Source: a virus. Taken from it: a stretch of 40,070 nt of DNA. Below, piece after piece: positions 1 through 7,308 of the stretch. Position numbers and translations under genes: made by a program. The notes beneath the pieces are model-generated. The model saw nothing but the letters and a program-made list of their open reading frames with translations. It was not told where the DNA came from and made no database searches. The DNA lies in IMG/VR virus record IMGVR_UViG_3300043137_000143; one strand, written 5' to 3'. Position 1 is the first letter of the stretch. Each line of letters opens with the position of its first letter.

Positions 1-127
1 CCAGCAGCGGTGAAGAAGACATACAAGACTGAACTCTGCACTTGTTGCAAGGTTCATACCCCACAGTCCTAAGGAGGACTCATGAATACAGAAAAACTAG
101 TAGCAATTGCTGGTACGTATCTTCGTG
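1..127. repeat. Terminal direct repeat: 1-127 identical to 39944-40070 (circular-assembly overlap or terminal redundancy)
   Basis: Both ends compared base by base and are the same 127-nt string. It carries the last 72 nt of the endolysin ORF, an AAGGAGG RBS and the first 46 nt of the 82..273 ORF. Confidence 0.95.
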
Positions 128-273
128 CTGCTTTTGCATCTGTGCTAGCCATGTACATTGCGGGAGTGACAGACCCTAAAGCACTAGGCTCAGCATTCCT
201 TGCCTCTCTCGCTGCACCTATCTTGAAGGCATTAGACCCTAAAGAAACAGCGTACGGAAAAGGCTCAGAATAA
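82..273 (+). CDS. Holin-like small membrane protein (r1t-like pattern), last gene of the late operon across the circle junction
   Basis: 63 aa with two hydrophobic/amphipathic stretches (LRAAFASVLAMYIAG, LGSAFLASLAAPILKAL) and a polar tail. AAGGAGG sits 5 nt upstream. It lies directly after the endolysin once the circle is closed. Confidence 0.6.
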   Translation: MNTEKLVAIAGTYLRAAFASVLAMYIAGVTDPKALGSAFLASLAAPILKALDPKETAYGKGSE

Positions 274-310
274 TCATTTAAGGCCTTAGAAGGCTGTTTT
301 AAGACAAGAA

Positions 311-348
311 ACCCCCTTACCTTAGTAGAAATACTAGGGCGAGGGGGT
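311..348 (+). terminator. Intrinsic terminator, probably bidirectional, between the holin and the convergent small gene
   Basis: ACCCCCT (311-317) pairs with AGGGGGT (342-348). An inner 8-bp stem, CCTTAGTA/TACTAGGG, has a GAAA loop. CTTTTGTCGTTT follows on + and TTTCTTGTCTT on -. Confidence 0.65.
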
Positions 349-367
349 CTTTTGTCGTTTCTAAAGG

Positions 368-520
368 TTATTCTTGGAGTTCCTCTTCGAGGTTATCCCA
401 GAAATTCTCATACTGCTTCCCAGCGATACGTGCCTTGATGTCGTAGTACAAGGCTTCCAGTAGGTAGAACGTACCAATACCTGCTAGTGACGCTAAGAAC
501 GTTTCTAGAAAATTTGACAT
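368..520 (-). CDS. Hypothetical small protein (50 aa), hydrophobic N-terminus and acidic C-terminus
   Basis: Hand translation: MSNFLETFLASLAGIGTFYLLEALYYDIKARIAGKQYENFWDNLEEELQE. AAGGAG lies 6 nt upstream of the ATG. It is below the length cut-off of the supplied ORF track. Confidence 0.55.
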   Translation of the reverse strand: MSNFLETFLASLAGIGTFYLLEALYYDIKARIAGKQYENFWDNLEEELQE

Positions 521-554
521 AGTACTCCTTAGATATTATTATATATTTATATAC

Positions 555-582
555 TATATATAAGGCCGAAGGCCTTTATATA
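555..582. terminator. GC-clamped hairpin inside an AT-rich tract (possible insulator/terminator ahead of the early promoter)
   Basis: TATATAAGGCC-GAA-GGCCTTTATATA followed by TTTTCTTT. On the minus strand the loop reads as a UUCG tetraloop. Confidence 0.3.
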
Positions 583-620
583 TTTTCTTTATATATCAAT
601 TATACACATAGATTTCCAAA

Positions 621-644
621 TGTCAATTAATTAAACAATTGACA
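621..644. promoter_or_regulatory. 8-bp inverted repeat (candidate operator) overlapping the -35 of the early promoter
   Basis: TGTCAATT-N8-AATTGACA with perfect arms. The right arm contains the TTGACA -35 hexamer. Confidence 0.45.
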
Positions 645-668
645 AATCACCAACCGTAGTCTTATACT
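639..668 (+). promoter_or_regulatory. Sigma70/SigA-type early promoter, apparently giving a leaderless mRNA
   Basis: TTGACA (639-644), an 18-nt spacer, then TATACT (663-668). The A of the ATG at 675 is 7 nt past the -10 and no Shine-Dalgarno precedes it. Confidence 0.6.
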
Positions 669-674
669 TGAACT

Positions 675-866
675 ATGTCAATCGAACTAGAAGAATATAC
701 CTTACCAGAGCACATCTCGTACTCTGCATTCACTACCTACCTAACGTGTGGGTATCAATACTACCTCGGCAGACTCCTCAACAAGGAAGAAGCCCCATCC
801 GTCTGGTCTGTTGGCGGTTCAGCGTTCCACCTAGCATGTGAAAACTATGACAAGGAGAACGGATGA
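675..866 (+). CDS. Cas4/RecB-like PD-(D/E)XK exonuclease, N-terminal fragment (first Fe-S cysteine and GxxxH motif)
   Basis: ISYSAFTTYLTCGYQYYL matches the Cas4 N-terminal SxSxxxxYxxC pattern, followed by GGSAFH. The stop overlaps the next start (ATGA). Confidence 0.7.
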   Translation: MSIELEEYTLPEHISYSAFTTYLTCGYQYYLGRLLNKEEAPSVWSVGGSAFHLACENYDKENG

Positions 867-1474
867 GCACTCAGCAACTATGGGACAATGCATGGCAACT
901 ATCCAAGGGTGACACTGACCTAACCAATGCTCGCGTTGGTGGTCGTGCTACCAAGGCTAATCCTAACAAGGAAGACGTTAACTTCTGGCAGACCCAAGGT
1001 CCGCGATGGGTTGACGGCTACATCAACTGGCGTAAAGCAAATCCTGACTGGAAAATCTGGACAGCACCAGATGGGAACAAGGCTATCGAACTTGCCCTGA
1101 CCCCTACTGTCAATGATGTCCAAGTCAAGATGATTATCGACCGCGTGTTCGAGGTCAATGGCGAACTTGTCATCGTCGACCTCAAGACTTCACAGAACAC
1201 ACCTACTAGCAGTCTGCAACTAGGCTTCTACAAACTAGGTCTCGAGAAGCAGTTTGGTATCGAGGTCAAGTGGGGAACCTACTACATGTCACGTGGTAAC
1301 AACATCTCTGAGATGGTTGACCTATCTGAGTACACTTACGACAAAATGGAGTATCTCATAGAAACATTTGACAAAGCACGCAAGGCTGCGTTATTCTTAC
1401 CCAACACAAACAGTTGTCAGTACATGTGTGGACTCACAGAGTATTGCCAATTCTCGATTAAGAAGGATAAATAA
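863..1474 (+). CDS. Cas4/RecB-like PD-(D/E)XK exonuclease, C-terminal fragment (catalytic core and three-Cys cluster)
   Basis: IIDRV, VIVDLKTS (D-x-K) and QLGFYKLGL (QxxxY), with C-terminal CQYMCGLTEYC. AAGGAG lies 6 nt upstream of the ATG at 863. Confidence 0.75.
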   Translation: MSTQQLWDNAWQLSKGDTDLTNARVGGRATKANPNKEDVNFWQTQGPRWVDGYINWRKANPDWKIWTAPDGNKAIELALTPTVNDVQVKMIIDRVFEVNGELVIVDLKTSQNTPTSSLQLGFYKLGLEKQFGIEVKWGTYYMSRGNNISEMVDLSEYTYDKMEYLIETFDKARKAALFLPNTNSCQYMCGLTEYCQFSIKKDK

Positions 1475-1879
1475 ATGGCCGAAGACTGGAAGTTACAAGT
1501 ATCATATAAGACCCCTGCTGGGGATATGATTAACATTCGCGCTCATACTAACGATGAACTCAGTGTTCTACTCGAAGGTATTGGCGACTACTCAACTCAG
1601 ATTGCAGCAGTGCAAAGATTGGTGGTTGGTGCTTACGGGGTTGCCCCTTTAGCGACATCGCCTTCAACTCAAGGCACTCCGCCATCAGTCTCCTCCGCTC
1701 CACCCCAGGCGCAGGCTCCGTCCGCTATGGCTCCGCAAACCCAGCAACAGGGTGGACCGACATGCCAACACGGACCTCGCAAGTACAAGTCGGGAATCTC
1801 AAGCAAGACGGGAAACCCGTACGCGATGTGGGTCTGTCCGATGCCTCAGGGCGCGGACCAGTGCAAGCCAGTCAACTAA
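1475..1879 (+). CDS. Hypothetical protein with a P/Q/A/S-rich linker and a C-terminal Cys/His zinc-ribbon-like motif
   Basis: 134 aa with C-terminal CQHG...WVCP...QC. It abuts the previous stop (TAAATG). Function not recognised. Confidence 0.6.
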   Translation: MAEDWKLQVSYKTPAGDMINIRAHTNDELSVLLEGIGDYSTQIAAVQRLVVGAYGVAPLATSPSTQGTPPSVSSAPPQAQAPSAMAPQTQQQGGPTCQHGPRKYKSGISSKTGNPYAMWVCPMPQGADQCKPVN

Positions 1880-1924
1880 TACCAGAACAATTTCCATTTT
1901 AAGTAACTAGGAAGAGGAGCGACA

Positions 1925-2707
1925 ATGAGAACTCTAGTACGTTCAGTAGGACGAGCCTCAATTGGCGGAGAACCTCTACCTAGTTCCTTTAAGGCGTTCG
2001 AAGCGAACAAGATTATCATTCGTCGTTCAGAAGTTTCTATGTTTGCTGGTGCTCCAGGGGCGGGAAAATCTACTCTAGCCCTAGCACTTGCACTCAAAAC
2101 GAATGTGCCTACTTTGTACATATCAGCAGATACAAATGCACATACTATGGCGATGCGTCTGGCATCGATGATTTCGGGGAAAAGTCAGTCAGACGTAGAG
2201 CAGAAACTTAATACTGATGTTGGTTGGACAAAGGCAGTCCTCCAAAAAGGAAATCATATAGTCTGGTCATTCGAATCGTCACCTACATTAGAAGACATTG
2301 ATGAGGAAGTCCAAGCATTTGAAGAGTTGTGGGGCTGTAGCCCATCTCTCATTGTCTTGGACAACCTCATGGATGTTGCGACAGACGGAGGCGAAGAATT
2401 CGCTTCTATGCGTGCAATTATGAAGGAGTTGAAGTTCCTTGCGAGAGACACCAACGCTGCGATTGTGGTACTACATCACACTTCGGAGGCAGTTCCTGGA
2501 AATCCTTGTCAACCAAGAAGTGCAATCCAAGGAAAAGTATCCCAACTACCTGCTCTTATATGTACGCTTGGTACCGTTGGCACATCGATGGGCGTGGCAT
2601 CAGTCAAGAATCGCTACGGAAGAGCAGATGCAAATGGTACGCTCATGACTTGGTTAGCATTCAATCCTGAGTACATGTACATCGACGACATTCCAGAGAA
2701 CGTGTAA
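1925..2707 (+). CDS. DnaB-C/RepA/RecA-like P-loop ATPase (replicative helicase candidate)
   Basis: Walker A GAPGAGKST, Walker B LIVLDNLMD and a VVLHHT sensor-like motif. GAGGAG RBS. It sits in the replication module next to the primase. Confidence 0.7.
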   Translation: MRTLVRSVGRASIGGEPLPSSFKAFEANKIIIRRSEVSMFAGAPGAGKSTLALALALKTNVPTLYISADTNAHTMAMRLASMISGKSQSDVEQKLNTDVGWTKAVLQKGNHIVWSFESSPTLEDIDEEVQAFEELWGCSPSLIVLDNLMDVATDGGEEFASMRAIMKELKFLARDTNAAIVVLHHTSEAVPGNPCQPRSAIQGKVSQLPALICTLGTVGTSMGVASVKNRYGRADANGTLMTWLAFNPEYMYIDDIPENV

Positions 2708-2708
2708 C

Positions 2709-3077
2709 ATGGCAACTAGGAAGACACATAAGGTTAGAGGAGCGACGTATGAAACCGACACCAAAGATTGGTTTCGAGCAAATGGATACGACGCTGAACG
2801 ACTTGCTCGAACAGGTGCAAGAGATGAGGGCGACGTTGTTGTCCGTTCGGACTTCCTTGGTTCAATTGGGGTTATCGAGTGTAAAGCCCCAGGTGCAGGT
2901 AATAAGATTGACCTCAGTGGATGGACTAAAGAGGCGCAGTTGGAAGCCGTACACTACGCAGAAGCCAGAGGGCTTACCAGAGAACAGGTAATGCCAGCAG
3001 TACTAATCAAAGCAAGAGGCAAGTCCATAGCAGATTCGTATCTAGTATTAAGGTTAGGCGATGTATTTGGTGGATGA
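2709..3077 (+). CDS. PD-(D/E)XK nuclease, Hjc-like Holliday-junction resolvase candidate
   Basis: 122 aa with GARDEGDVVV ... VIECK (D ... E-x-K arrangement), a size typical of archaeal-type resolvases. Confidence 0.5.
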   Translation: MATRKTHKVRGATYETDTKDWFRANGYDAERLARTGARDEGDVVVRSDFLGSIGVIECKAPGAGNKIDLSGWTKEAQLEAVHYAEARGLTREQVMPAVLIKARGKSIADSYLVLRLGDVFGG

Positions 3078-3435
3078 TTTACCAGACATAGTAGCAGTGT
3101 TGAAGCACTACGGTGCCAACATTACACGTGCATCTGGTCAAGTAAATGTCAAGTGTCCGTTTCACAATGACTCCCATGCAAGTGCAAGTTTCAATACAAG
3201 ACAGAACATTTTCAATTGCTTCGCGTGTGGTATGCAAGGCAATAGCATTCAGATAATTGCTAAGAAGGAAGGGTGCGATATACGTGAAGCAAAGTCAATC
3301 GCAGAAGGAATTACTGGGGAGAGCCACCAGCAAGTACGCGGGAAGCATCTCTCTGGCGGAAGATTACCTGGAAAGTCGGGGAATCACAAGAGAAGTAGCA
3401 CGTCTGGCTCGATTAGGCGTAGTAGAGGAGCCTGA
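3061..3435 (+). CDS. DnaG-type primase, CHC2 zinc-finger part; the frame looks disrupted after about codon 86
   Basis: CPFHNDSHASASF...NCFACGMQGNSIQII is a CHC2 zinc finger. After ...AEGITGE the frame gives an R/S/G-rich tail typical of out-of-frame reading. Confidence 0.7.
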   Translation: MYLVDDLPDIVAVLKHYGANITRASGQVNVKCPFHNDSHASASFNTRQNIFNCFACGMQGNSIQIIAKKEGCDIREAKSIAEGITGESHQQVRGKHLSGGRLPGKSGNHKRSSTSGSIRRSRGA

Positions 3436-3910
3436 ACCTGGACACGAACAGTACATCGGACGGCTTAGCATTCCGTATATTACGAAGACTGGCGTTGTCG
3501 ACCTTCGTTTCCGCTCTCTTAATCCTGCCGTTGAACCGAAGTATATGGGTATGGTTGGTAGCGATACTCGCATGTACAATGTACTTGACATTGAGATTGC
3601 TGGCGATTGGATTGGAGTCTGTGAGGGCGAGTTGGACACGCTTACTATGTCTCGCTTGGTTGGAATTCCCTGCGTTGGCGTTCCTGGAGCAAACTCTTGG
3701 AAGAAGCACTATACAAGACTTCTTGCGGACTTCGAGAGAGTCTTTGTCTTTGCCGACGGAGATGCCCCAGGCCGTGAGTTTGCCGCCAGTCTCGCTCGAG
3801 AGTTACCAGTCACAACAGTTACGTTTGGAGACGGAGAAGATGTTAACTCAGCATATATTAAATACGGCAAGGAATTCATCCAGCAGAAAATGGGGCTAAA
3901 CGTTGATTGA
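3257..3910 (+). CDS. DnaG-type primase, RNA-polymerase/TOPRIM part (+1 frame relative to 3061..3435)
   Basis: SLAEDYLESRGIT...GRLSIPYI, CEGELDTLTM (TOPRIM Glu) and VFADGDAPG (DxD). The only in-frame starts before the conserved region are TTG 3257 and GTG 3284, inside the zinc-finger ORF. Confidence 0.75.
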   Translation: MLRRKGAIYVKQSQSQKELLGRATSKYAGSISLAEDYLESRGITREVARLARLGVVEEPEPGHEQYIGRLSIPYITKTGVVDLRFRSLNPAVEPKYMGMVGSDTRMYNVLDIEIAGDWIGVCEGELDTLTMSRLVGIPCVGVPGANSWKKHYTRLLADFERVFVFADGDAPGREFAASLARELPVTTVTFGDGEDVNSAYIKYGKEFIQQKMGLNVD

Positions 3911-4241
3911 GATACCACAGTGCAAGGTGTGCGGAACAGAATTCGATAACATCTTCGATGCCGTCAATCATCTTATGGATGATGAGGAAGATGTCTTCGA
4001 CCCAATCCTTAAGTTGCCTAATGGTTACTCGTTGATGCTCGGTTCCTTATTAGAGGAACTCTATCACTCAGCAGATGATGCAGATAGAATCAGAGACATT
4101 ACTGAGATGACATACGCAACTCTGTACGCCGCTCAAACAGACTTAACTCAAATGAAAGAGTTAGTAGAAGAAGCAATTATTAAGCAGCACATGGTAGATA
4201 TTGATGATGAATTAAAAGAACTACTAGAGGAGGACGAATGA
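3903..4241 (+). CDS. Hypothetical acidic protein with N-terminal CxxC...H zinc-finger-like motif
   Basis: 112 aa, CKVCGTEFDNIFDAVNH then a D/E-rich helical sequence. It apparently starts at a TTG overlapping the primase stop. Confidence 0.55.
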   Translation: MIEIPQCKVCGTEFDNIFDAVNHLMDDEEDVFDPILKLPNGYSLMLGSLLEELYHSADDADRIRDITEMTYATLYAAQTDLTQMKELVEEAIIKQHMVDIDDELKELLEEDE

Positions 4242-4534
4242 GCATCAAGCGTGAGTTACATCTTGAGACGCATCTAAGTAATACAACCAACGAGTTAACA
4301 GAATTGTTGGTCAGCAAGCATAGAGATTACGGTCCAAAGAATATCTCACTAGCCCCTGGCGGTGCTATCAATGGACTACGGGTACGAATGCATGACAAGT
4401 TAGCGCGTATCAATAACCTAGTTGATAGCGGTGCAGACCCAGAGCATGAGTCATTAGAGGATTCATTTAAGGATATGGCAAACTATGCAATCATCGGATT
4501 GCTAGTACTGAGAGGACAGTGGGATAACGAATGA
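4238..4534 (+). CDS. Hypothetical all-helical protein, DUF1599/MazG-like pattern (recall-based)
   Basis: 98 aa, KHRDYGPKN...GLRVRMHDKLARINNL. ATGA overlap and a GAGGAGG RBS. Confidence 0.4.
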   Translation: MSIKRELHLETHLSNTTNELTELLVSKHRDYGPKNISLAPGGAINGLRVRMHDKLARINNLVDSGADPEHESLEDSFKDMANYAIIGLLVLRGQWDNE

Positions 4535-4842
4535 TATACGAAATCAAAAACTGGCTAAAGAAGCACACAGTACGAGGTCGCTTGCGCTCAGTAGAGGCAC
4601 AGTTTAAGCCGTCAAATGGCTGGGACCCTACCATCAAGCATGATGTACAGGAACTTACTACATGGATTAGCAAGTTACAGGGTGAAGTCAACTACCTTGA
4701 TGGTGTCATTAAAGAGTCTGGTATCGTTGAGCAGGTTGATGTTTCCGACATTAAGTTCAAGGAAACAAAACATACTGGTAATATCTTTGGTTCATACATC
4801 ACACGTGAAGCATATCAAGTCAACAAAGTAAAGGTTAAGTAA
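4531..4842 (+). CDS. Hypothetical protein
   Basis: 103-aa ORF coupled to its neighbours by ATGA and TAATG overlaps. No motif recognised. Confidence 0.6.
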   Translation: MIYEIKNWLKKHTVRGRLRSVEAQFKPSNGWDPTIKHDVQELTTWISKLQGEVNYLDGVIKESGIVEQVDVSDIKFKETKHTGNIFGSYITREAYQVNKVKVK

Positions 4843-5168
4843 TGAAAATCTTCGGACCATACAAAGGTAGTAAGCAGAACGGTGGGCGACCAATCTATGT
4901 CTTTAAGCGCAAGAAAAAGGACGGCACTACTACCACTACGTCTTCGAATAAGGCTCGCGTTGATTATGAGAAAGCAACGGGTAAAAGCCTCCCGAGAGAT
5001 TCGGAAGTCGACCACAAGAACAACAAAGGTCGAGCAGGCGACGACAGGATTGAAAACCTCAGAGTTATCTCCAAAAGTAAGAATGTGGGATTAGAGAACA
5101 AGCGTCGCGCAACTAAGAAGGCAGCACCCAAGAAGACTACTAAGAAAGCGGTTAAAAAGAAGCCATGA
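4842..5168 (+). CDS. HNH endonuclease with a lysine-rich C-terminal tail
   Basis: EVDHKNN...DDRIENLRVISKSKN (H-N-N pattern). C-terminal KKAAPKKTTKKAVKKKP. Confidence 0.7.
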   Translation: MKIFGPYKGSKQNGGRPIYVFKRKKKDGTTTTTSSNKARVDYEKATGKSLPRDSEVDHKNNKGRAGDDRIENLRVISKSKNVGLENKRRATKKAAPKKTTKKAVKKKP

Positions 5169-5908
5169 AAACTATAGTCTGTGTGTCCGATTTACAAATA
5201 CCTTATCACGATAAGCGTGCCGTTGCCAACCTCGCTGCTTTCATCAAGGCTTACAAGCCAACCGAAGTAGTATCCGTTGGTGATGAGATGGACATGCAGA
5301 CTATTTCTAAATGGTCAAAGGGAACACCTTTAGAGTATGAACGTTCTATCGGACGGGATAGAGACGAAACAACTCGGGTGCTCGAGTCACTCAAGGTCAA
5401 GCATATCATTCGGTCGAACCACACCGACCGATTGTATAACACAGTTATGATGCGTGCTCCTGGGTTGCTCGGGCTACCCGAGTTGGACTTACCACAGTTC
5501 CTTCGGTTGCCAGATATCGGTGCTACATACCATGAGAAGCCTTATGAGTTAGCACCTAACTGGTTACTCATGCATGGCGATGAAGGCTCTATGAAGTCTA
5601 TCGGTGGGCTTACAGCCCTTGGTCTAGCGATGCGTACGGGCAAGTCAGTTGTCTGTGGTCACACGCACCGCATGGGTTTATCACATCACACTACCGCATA
5701 CGGTTCTGCTTCTCCTAAAACTGTATGGGGTATGGAGGTTGGAAACCTCATGAAGTACAAGGAAGCAAAGTATATTAAGGGTGGACTATTCACATGGCAA
5801 CAAGGCTTCGGTATGTTGTACGTGGATGGTAAGACTGTAGTGCCAGTAACTATTCCAATTGCTAGAGATGGTTCGTTTATTGTAGAGGGTAAGGTGTGGG
5901 GTCGATGA
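5165..5908 (+). CDS. Calcineurin-like metallophosphoesterase
   Basis: Ordered motifs VSDLQIPYHD, VGDEMD, SNHTDR, MHGDEG, CGHTHR. Confidence 0.8.
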   Translation: MKTIVCVSDLQIPYHDKRAVANLAAFIKAYKPTEVVSVGDEMDMQTISKWSKGTPLEYERSIGRDRDETTRVLESLKVKHIIRSNHTDRLYNTVMMRAPGLLGLPELDLPQFLRLPDIGATYHEKPYELAPNWLLMHGDEGSMKSIGGLTALGLAMRTGKSVVCGHTHRMGLSHHTTAYGSASPKTVWGMEVGNLMKYKEAKYIKGGLFTWQQGFGMLYVDGKTVVPVTIPIARDGSFIVEGKVWGR

Positions 5909-6591
5909 ACTGGGAACGTATTAAGCCGTGGGAATACATCGTAGCCCATGTCGCTGACGAATACCATAAGAAGTACACGATGGTTGACCGCGAAGATATT
6001 AAGCAGTCGCTCTACGAATGGTTTGTGTCGCATCCAAAGAAGTTGACCGAATGGGAAGGCTTCTCCAAGAAGTCTACTCAGAACTTGCTGTATCGTTCAC
6101 TCCGCAACCAAGCACTAGACTATTGCCAGTACTGGAAGTCTAAGTCATTAGGGTACGAAGTATCCGACTTGTACTTCTATGAGCCAGAGATTGTTGAAGC
6201 GATGCTTCCAGCGATACTACGTGGCGATGTAACAGAAGCACCAGTACTTAACTTAGGTATGCCAGGTAGCCCTTCTGCGCCAGCAGAGGGTGGTAACATG
6301 ATGGCTATGATGGCTGAGATTAAGGCTGCGTATCTGAAATTAAATACAGAGGATAAACATATTCTTTACCACAAGTACGCTAATTCATTATCGTATGCTG
6401 CTATTGCAGAGGAACTCGCCTTACCTAGTGATGATGCTGCACGTATGAGACATAATCGTGCAATTAAAAAACTCATCACTAGGCTTGGCGGTTTCCGTTC
6501 CTTCTTAGATAAAGATGAGACCAGCCAAGAAGGGCAGGATGAATCCCATAAAGATGAACATACTGACGATGAGAAGGATGCCCTCGAGTAA
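5905..6591 (+). CDS. Sigma-70 family (ECF-like, regions 2 and 4) RNA polymerase sigma factor candidate
   Basis: DREDIKQSLYEWFV is region-2-like. LNTEDKHILYHKYANSLSYAAIAEELALPSDDAARMRHNRAIKKLITRL is a region-4 HTH. The start is taken at the ATGA overlap with the upstream stop (the ORF track starts at 5896). Acidic C-terminal tail. Confidence 0.65.
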   Translation: MNWERIKPWEYIVAHVADEYHKKYTMVDREDIKQSLYEWFVSHPKKLTEWEGFSKKSTQNLLYRSLRNQALDYCQYWKSKSLGYEVSDLYFYEPEIVEAMLPAILRGDVTEAPVLNLGMPGSPSAPAEGGNMMAMMAEIKAAYLKLNTEDKHILYHKYANSLSYAAIAEELALPSDDAARMRHNRAIKKLITRLGGFRSFLDKDETSQEGQDESHKDEHTDDEKDALE

Positions 6592-6595
6592 AGGC

Positions 6596-7021
6596 TTATC
6601 CATAAATCTCCCATCGTTCATGTTCTTCGAACTCAGCAATCTCTCTACCTCTGGCCATACGAACGTGCTCTATCAATTGGCCAGGGGTAATGAGGTAGCC
6701 ACGTGAAGGGTTAGGTGGGATGTTGCAAGTGATAGGTCTACCACTCTCCCAGATAATCTCCTTGAGTCTATGCAATGGAACTATAAGTACCGAATCTTCT
6801 AGTACGAATCCCCAATGCGTAGCCCGACTAACTCTGATGCCAGATGGCTTCCAAGCATCTTCGTTAACGTAGTAACACTCGGTTTCAATGTAGAGATTAC
6901 CAGTCTGTACCCATTTCCTGTCTGTCTTAACCTCTACAGTATCAATGTGTAGCAAGTCTGCGACCTTGCTCTCACCTATCATCCCGTCTCTAAAGTCTAA
7001 GTCCCAGTTACTATCTTTCAT
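6596..7021 (-). CDS. Hypothetical protein, possible PD-(D/E)XK-like motif; last gene of the leftward operon
   Basis: 141 aa, GESKVADLL...TVEVKTD...NLYIE. TAATG coupling to the upstream small gene. Confidence 0.55.
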   Translation of the reverse strand: MKDSNWDLDFRDGMIGESKVADLLHIDTVEVKTDRKWVQTGNLYIETECYYVNEDAWKPSGIRVSRATHWGFVLEDSVLIVPLHRLKEIIWESGRPITCNIPPNPSRGYLITPGQLIEHVRMARGREIAEFEEHERWEIYG

Positions 7022-7131
7022 TATTCCTCCAGATATTTCTTGAACGCTTTGTCCCAGTCGTAACTTTCAAAGTACTCTTCGATACCTTCGATAATTTGTT
7101 CTTGTAGTTTCTGCATTTCCTCATCAGTCAT
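7021..7131 (-). CDS. Hypothetical small acidic protein (36 aa)
   Basis: Hand translation: MTDEEMQKLQEQIIEGIEEYFESYDWDKAFKKYLEE. GGGAGGG RBS. The stop overlaps the next ATG (TAATG). Confidence 0.45.
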   Translation of the reverse strand: MTDEEMQKLQEQIIEGIEEYFESYDWDKAFKKYLEE

Positions 7132-7308
7132 TTACCCTCCCGTAGAATAGAAGCCAGAACCATTGAACTTAACTGGTGGTGCTGAGTACAACCTTGACAT
7201 AGGTTCGTTGCACTTGTCACAGTAAGGTATGATTTCATCCTCCGTCATACCTCTGATGATAGTGACTACCTCTGAGTCATTGTCACACTTGTAATCGTAA
7301 CTAGCCAT
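7132..7308 (-). CDS. FmdB-family (CxxC_CxxC_SSSS) zinc-ribbon protein with a degenerate first knuckle
   Basis: MASYDYKC...CDKC...FNGSGFYSTGG. The start is set at the TAATG overlap with the upstream stop (7308) rather than the track start at 7350. Confidence 0.6.
   Translation of the reverse strand: MASYDYKCDNDSEVVTIIRGMTEDEIIPYCDKCNEPMSRLYSAPPVKFNGSGFYSTGG

Noticed and set aside
536-560. TTATTATATAT... box shared by the two intergenic hubs as a defined phage promoter
   Set aside because: Only 11 contiguous identical bases in pure A/T low-complexity sequence, so a chance match is likely. I kept it only as a weak hint within the sigma-factor finding.
3257-3435. Reading the primase zinc-finger and TOPRIM ORFs as two normal overlapping genes
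   Set aside because: The 179-nt overlap is far longer than any other junction in the genome. The zinc-finger frame turns into an R/S/G-rich junk-like tail exactly where the other frame becomes primase-like. The second ORF lacks an ATG and RBS.
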